DNA of 32,000 bases from Candidatus Kuenenia stuttgartensis. Lineage in GTDB: Bacteria > Planctomycetota > Brocadiia > Brocadiales > Brocadiaceae. The stretch covers positions 960,001 through 992,000 of the forward strand of contig NZ_LT934425.1 of assembly GCF_900232105.1 (NCBI RefSeq), read 5' to 3'. Positions 28,803 to 32,000 of the stretch are shown in pieces. The notes under the pieces are model-generated. The model saw only the letters and a list, made by a program, of their open reading frames with translations. It searched no databases and was not told the DNA's origin. A program made the position numbers and the translations under genes. How positions within the stretch are numbered: position 1 is the first letter of the stretch; each line of letters starts with the position of its first letter.

Positions 28803-28957
28803 GTGAATTCGTGGTTAAATTTTAGTACACTATTCTTTTCCGTTCGAGCTTCGGTTTGCCAAAATTTACTATAATACCTTTGTTAACCACGGATGAACAC
28901 CGATGAACACTGATAAAAATTTCTTTATAACCTCTTATAAATAACCACGGATGTACA

Positions 28958-29737
28958 GTAGAGTAGAAACCAGACGACAAGAACTTAGGCAGAAGTTTGT
29001 TTTCTCTGTTTGCTGGCTGGTTTCCCGCCAGTGCCACCATATCTCCGCCATATACTTATCATCTGCCCCCCTCGTCAAACCGTGCATGCGATTTTCCCGC
29101 ACACGGCTTTCCGACAGTCTTCTTCTTAAGCTTTCACAGGTTGTCTGGCAGAAACATATTTTGTCGGGTCTATTAGTCCATATCTATTGACTAATTCCTT
29201 AAACGCTCCTCGATTATAGAGCTTGCTCCTGCGCTGACTTTTCCTCTTATAATATCTCGTCAATCTCCTGAAAAGATAATATCGTAGGTCTCTTCTTCCT
29301 GCTTGGCTTTTCGATATAGTTTACGCTGAAAGTCTCGGACTCTTTCCTCATCGCTCTTTTGCGATTTCGGTATTGATAGTATGCGTTACGGTCATCAACC
29401 TGAATAATGAGACCTCCCAAGTTCATTTATATACCTTTTACAGTCATACCGTCACTCTCAACTCCGACGACACCGCATAGTTCTACCGTTTGTCTCTTGC
29501 TACCTATGCGATTACAGATTTCACCCTCTCTGGGAGGCTCATCTATCGTATTTTTAGCGTAACTAAGCCTGCGTGTTCGCTTGCACTACGGTCTGACTGC
29601 TCGCTACAGGGAACTCGAACGTATTCATCGCTGTTTACGTCCTCCCGTGAGGCTTTCTGCCTCTTTCACTACCGCCCGAACGGTCAATTGGCGGGTTGGA
29701 TTTGCACCAACTGATATATATACGCTTCTTGGCGTAC
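28958..29737 (-). ncRNA. Group II intron-like RNA without an intron-encoded protein ORF
   Basis: The minus strand begins GTACGCC..., includes ...GTTCGAGTTCCCTGTAGCGAGCAG..., has a domain V-like hairpin GAAAGCCGTGTGCGGGAAAATCGCATGCACGGTTTGAC (about 29084-29121), and ends ...TTTCTACTCTAC. The flanks rejoin a known repeat. Confidence 0.7.
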
Positions 29738-29861
29738 CGGATTAACACAGATAGAAACAAATCCCAAATAATTACGAAATTACAACTTTTCCATAATACA
29801 TTTTACTTTGGCTACCAATTGAACAAGCTGACAATCTTAATAACTAGCAGAACAATAATTT

Positions 29862-30353
29862 TCATTCCTCTCCTGCATCTTGTAATATCCCAACTACTAT
29901 TTCGTCTCTAATCCAAATACCGTTTCCCAATATCTTGGCAATGGCTGGTTTTATTGAATTAAGCAGTCCCTTTTTCTTGGCCATTAACAGTACGCCTAGT
30001 GTCCCAATCACCTTAAGTCCTAAAACTTTTGCCTGGAGTCTTGCAATCTTTTCGTCTATCAGCACATGCTGGATACCTTTTTCTTTTGCCAGGATGATAA
30101 CTTCTGCCTCACCTTGCTCCAGTTCATACAACAATTTTATCTTCTCAATATCGTGAACTTTTTCAATTCTTACCCATTCGCAAGTTTCCAGTTCATAAAC
30201 GCCAAAACTTTTTCTTCCACCAGCCATAATCTCTTCTTTGACATGCAGTGGGACACAAACGTCCGTATAAAGCTTTTCAAGTAACGGAATCTGACCACAT
30301 ATTGAAAGGGCAATCCAAGGAGATGTATTGACCACGATTCCTTTATCTGTCAC
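29862..30353 (-). CDS. DUF3368-type PIN-domain toxin
   Basis: VVNTSPWIALSICGQIPLLEKLY...LEQGEAEVIILAKEKGIQHVLIDEKIARLQAKVLGLKVIGTLGVLLMAKKKGLL. Confidence 0.88.
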   Translation of the reverse strand: MTDKGIVVNTSPWIALSICGQIPLLEKLYTDVCVPLHVKEEIMAGGRKSFGVYELETCEWVRIEKVHDIEKIKLLYELEQGEAEVIILAKEKGIQHVLIDEKIARLQAKVLGLKVIGTLGVLLMAKKKGLLNSIKPAIAKILGNGIWIRDEIVVGILQDAGEE

Positions 30354-30603
30354 TTCTGGCTTCCTCTAGTATTTCTTCCAAATCCATCTGAAATGGAGAA
30401 ACCTTGTATTTTTTTAATCTCATCAAAAACTCAACCCTGCTCAGACCAGCCATCTTTGCAGCCTTACCAGAAGATATTTTGCCAAGCTCATAAAGTTTTA
30501 ATGCTAAAAGATATCTTGCTTCATCTTCGAACTCTTCTCTGGTTTCCTTAAGAGAGAGCAGGACATCATCTGAATATTTTATAGTAAGTACATTTTCTTT
30601 CAT
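30343..30603 (-). CDS. UPF0175-family antitoxin
   Basis: EARYLLALKLYELGKISSGKAAKMAGLSRVEFLMRLKKYKVSPF. It overlaps the toxin gene by 11 bp. The start MKENVLTIKYS is preferred over the 30627 start. Confidence 0.85.
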   Translation of the reverse strand: MKENVLTIKYSDDVLLSLKETREEFEDEARYLLALKLYELGKISSGKAAKMAGLSRVEFLMRLKKYKVSPFQMDLEEILEEARSDR

Positions 30604-31036
30604 TAATTTTATCTCCTCTTCCAACAAGGTTTGTCAAGCAAATATTTGGGGTCAGACCTTGAATATAGAATACAAAATTCAGCCCGCATCTTTTTAAGTA
30701 TTCTTTGTAATTATTTTTGCCACCAGATGAACACTGCTAAAAATTTCTTTATAACCTCTTATAAATATAGCCAAACAAATATGATTTTAGGAATTTGGCA
30801 ATAAAATGGCTTTCTAAAAAACAGATTTATTTGACTAAGCATACTATACAACCCCCTTTCCGGAAAGATTTCAACAAAATCCTTATTTTAAGCGGGTTTC
30901 CACAAATTCAAAATAATATGTAGTCGCAGAATAAATGGCCTATTTATTAATACAAATCCTTTATAACCCTATAAATACTGACTTGACAAAATATTTTATT
31001 AATGATAGTGTAGTCAAAGAATATTGGGACTACATT

Positions 31037-32000
31037 ATGCACCTTACTTATAGCGATTCTAAATACAAAGGGAAAACCTATAAATCTTACTCTATTGCCG
31101 AATCCTACAGGGATGGCAAAAAGGTCAGAAAAAGAATACTTTGGCCCATCGGGAAACTTTCCGATATTCAAGCCGAGCAAATCAAACTGATATGTAAAAC
31201 AGTTGAAAACACAGATCAATTGCAGACTCAGCTCAAAGACGTTGCAGTCCTGGAAAGCAGGGCATATCTCGATATAGCCGTTGTTAATGAGTTGTGGAAC
31301 CAGTGGCAGCTTGATCAGGCTTTTGACTACGATGTCACTGCAGGCGCCCTTCCTACCAATATGATTGCAAAGATACTGACTATTAACAGGTGCACCGATC
31401 CGTGTTCTCATTATTCCATTCCTCATTGGGCGAAAAAGAGCGCGCTGGAGGACATTCTTAAAATTGATCTTTCAGGCCTAAATGACGATAAAATCTATTA
31501 TGAATTAGATAAAATACACAAAAACAAAATATCTATAGAGAACCACCTTTTTAACCAAACCTTCTGGAAACGTCCGGAATCCTATAAATTTATCAACTAC
31601 GACCTAACTACTTCCTACTTTGTGGGATATAACTGTGATCTATCGGCATTTGGCAAGGGCAAAATAGAGTGTCATGGCAGGCGGCAGGTCTTACTGGGTG
31701 TTCTTATCAACTCTGAGGGATATCCTTTCAAATGGGATGTATTCCCCGGGAACACCGCTGAGGTAAAAACCCTCAAACAGAATATCAATGCCTGTAAAAC
31801 CAGATTCAAATTGACTGATAAAAACGTCACCCTTGTATTTGACAGAGGCATAATCTCTGAGGACAATGCCAATTTGATAGAAGAAGCCAAACTCAAATAC
31901 ATCTCGGCATTGGATAGAAATCAGATACCCTCTTGCGGTGTCAGTTTAAAGTCTCTTAATGGGTTATCCATAGAAGATAAGGACGCCTCCGATATACCTA
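31037..32000 (+). CDS. IS1634-family-like transposase, N-terminal part (runs off the window)
   Basis: Open frame MHLTYSDSKYKGKTYKSYSIAESYRDGKKVRKRILWPIGKLS...LGVLINSEGYPFKWDVFPGNTAEVKTLKQNI...VTLVFDRGIISEDN. Absent from the ORF track because it has no stop inside the window. Confidence 0.85.
   Translation, partial: MHLTYSDSKYKGKTYKSYSIAESYRDGKKVRKRILWPIGKLSDIQAEQIKLICKTVENTDQLQTQLKDVAVLESRAYLDIAVVNELWNQWQLDQAFDYDVTAGALPTNMIAKILTINRCTDPCSHYSIPHWAKKSALEDILKIDLSGLNDDKIYYELDKIHKNKISIENHLFNQTFWKRPESYKFINYDLTTSYFVGYNCDLSAFGKGKIECHGRRQVLLGVLINSEGYPFKWDVFPGNTAEVKTLKQNINACKTRFKLTDKNVTLVFDRGIISEDNANLIEEAKLKYISALDRNQIPSCGVSLKSLNGLSIEDKDASDIP

Larger units (their letters stand above)
24498..28957. repeat. 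Tandem array of five ~200-280 bp units (ttaaccacggatgaacactgatgaacactgataaaaatttctttataacctcttataaata...), four carrying inserted elements
   Basis: Unit starts at about 24498, 24704, 25084, 26978 and 28883. Unit 1 is empty, unit 2 holds MITE C, units 3 and 4 hold 1700-bp elements, and unit 5 ends at the group II-like intron. Confidence 0.85.

Noticed and set aside
24498-28957. CRISPR array
   Set aside because: Units are 200+ bp with mobile elements inserted. There are no short regular direct repeats with unique ~30-40 bp spacers and no cas genes.
29000-29830. Group II intron reverse transcriptase in this segment
   Set aside because: Only short ORFs are present (e.g. 28951..29190 and 29490..29714, + strand), with no RT motifs, so it is treated as an ORF-less intron.

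Overview
This looks like a low-to-moderate GC bacterial accessory region, and I make no firm taxonomic call. Part 1 (about 0.2-19.4 kb, nearly all on the minus strand) is a surface-polysaccharide locus: GT4-type glycosyltransferases, several SAM methyltransferases, a Wzy-like polymerase, a Wzx-like flippase, a CatB-like acetyltransferase, a UDP-sugar epimerase and a nucleotide-sugar dehydrogenase. It is heavily rearranged, with duplicated and chimeric glycosyltransferase/methyltransferase pieces and a complete IS1380-type element (TIRs plus a 5-bp TSD). One methyltransferase is split by a 12-bp homopolymeric C/G tract, making it a candidate phase-variable locus. Part 2 (about 14.8-32 kb) is repeat-rich. 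The most interesting item is a 1700-bp element present in three near-identical copies, encoding a 518-aa protein that I cannot assign to a known transposase family. Six precise ends can be compared using a short 175-bp non-autonomous relative that is also present in three identical copies. The elements have no terminal inverted repeats, have subterminal hairpins and make no target-site duplication. They insert at GT^G in + strand orientation, and pre-insertion sites can be rebuilt from paralogous sequence inside the window. Three of them occupy the same position in successive units of a tandem repeat, and the next unit carries what looks like an ORF-less group II intron. Four toxin-antitoxin-like modules are nearby: two decayed (hicAB-like and RelE-like) and two apparently intact (DUF6516/TumE-like and PIN/UPF0175). 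An IS1634-like transposase runs off the right edge.
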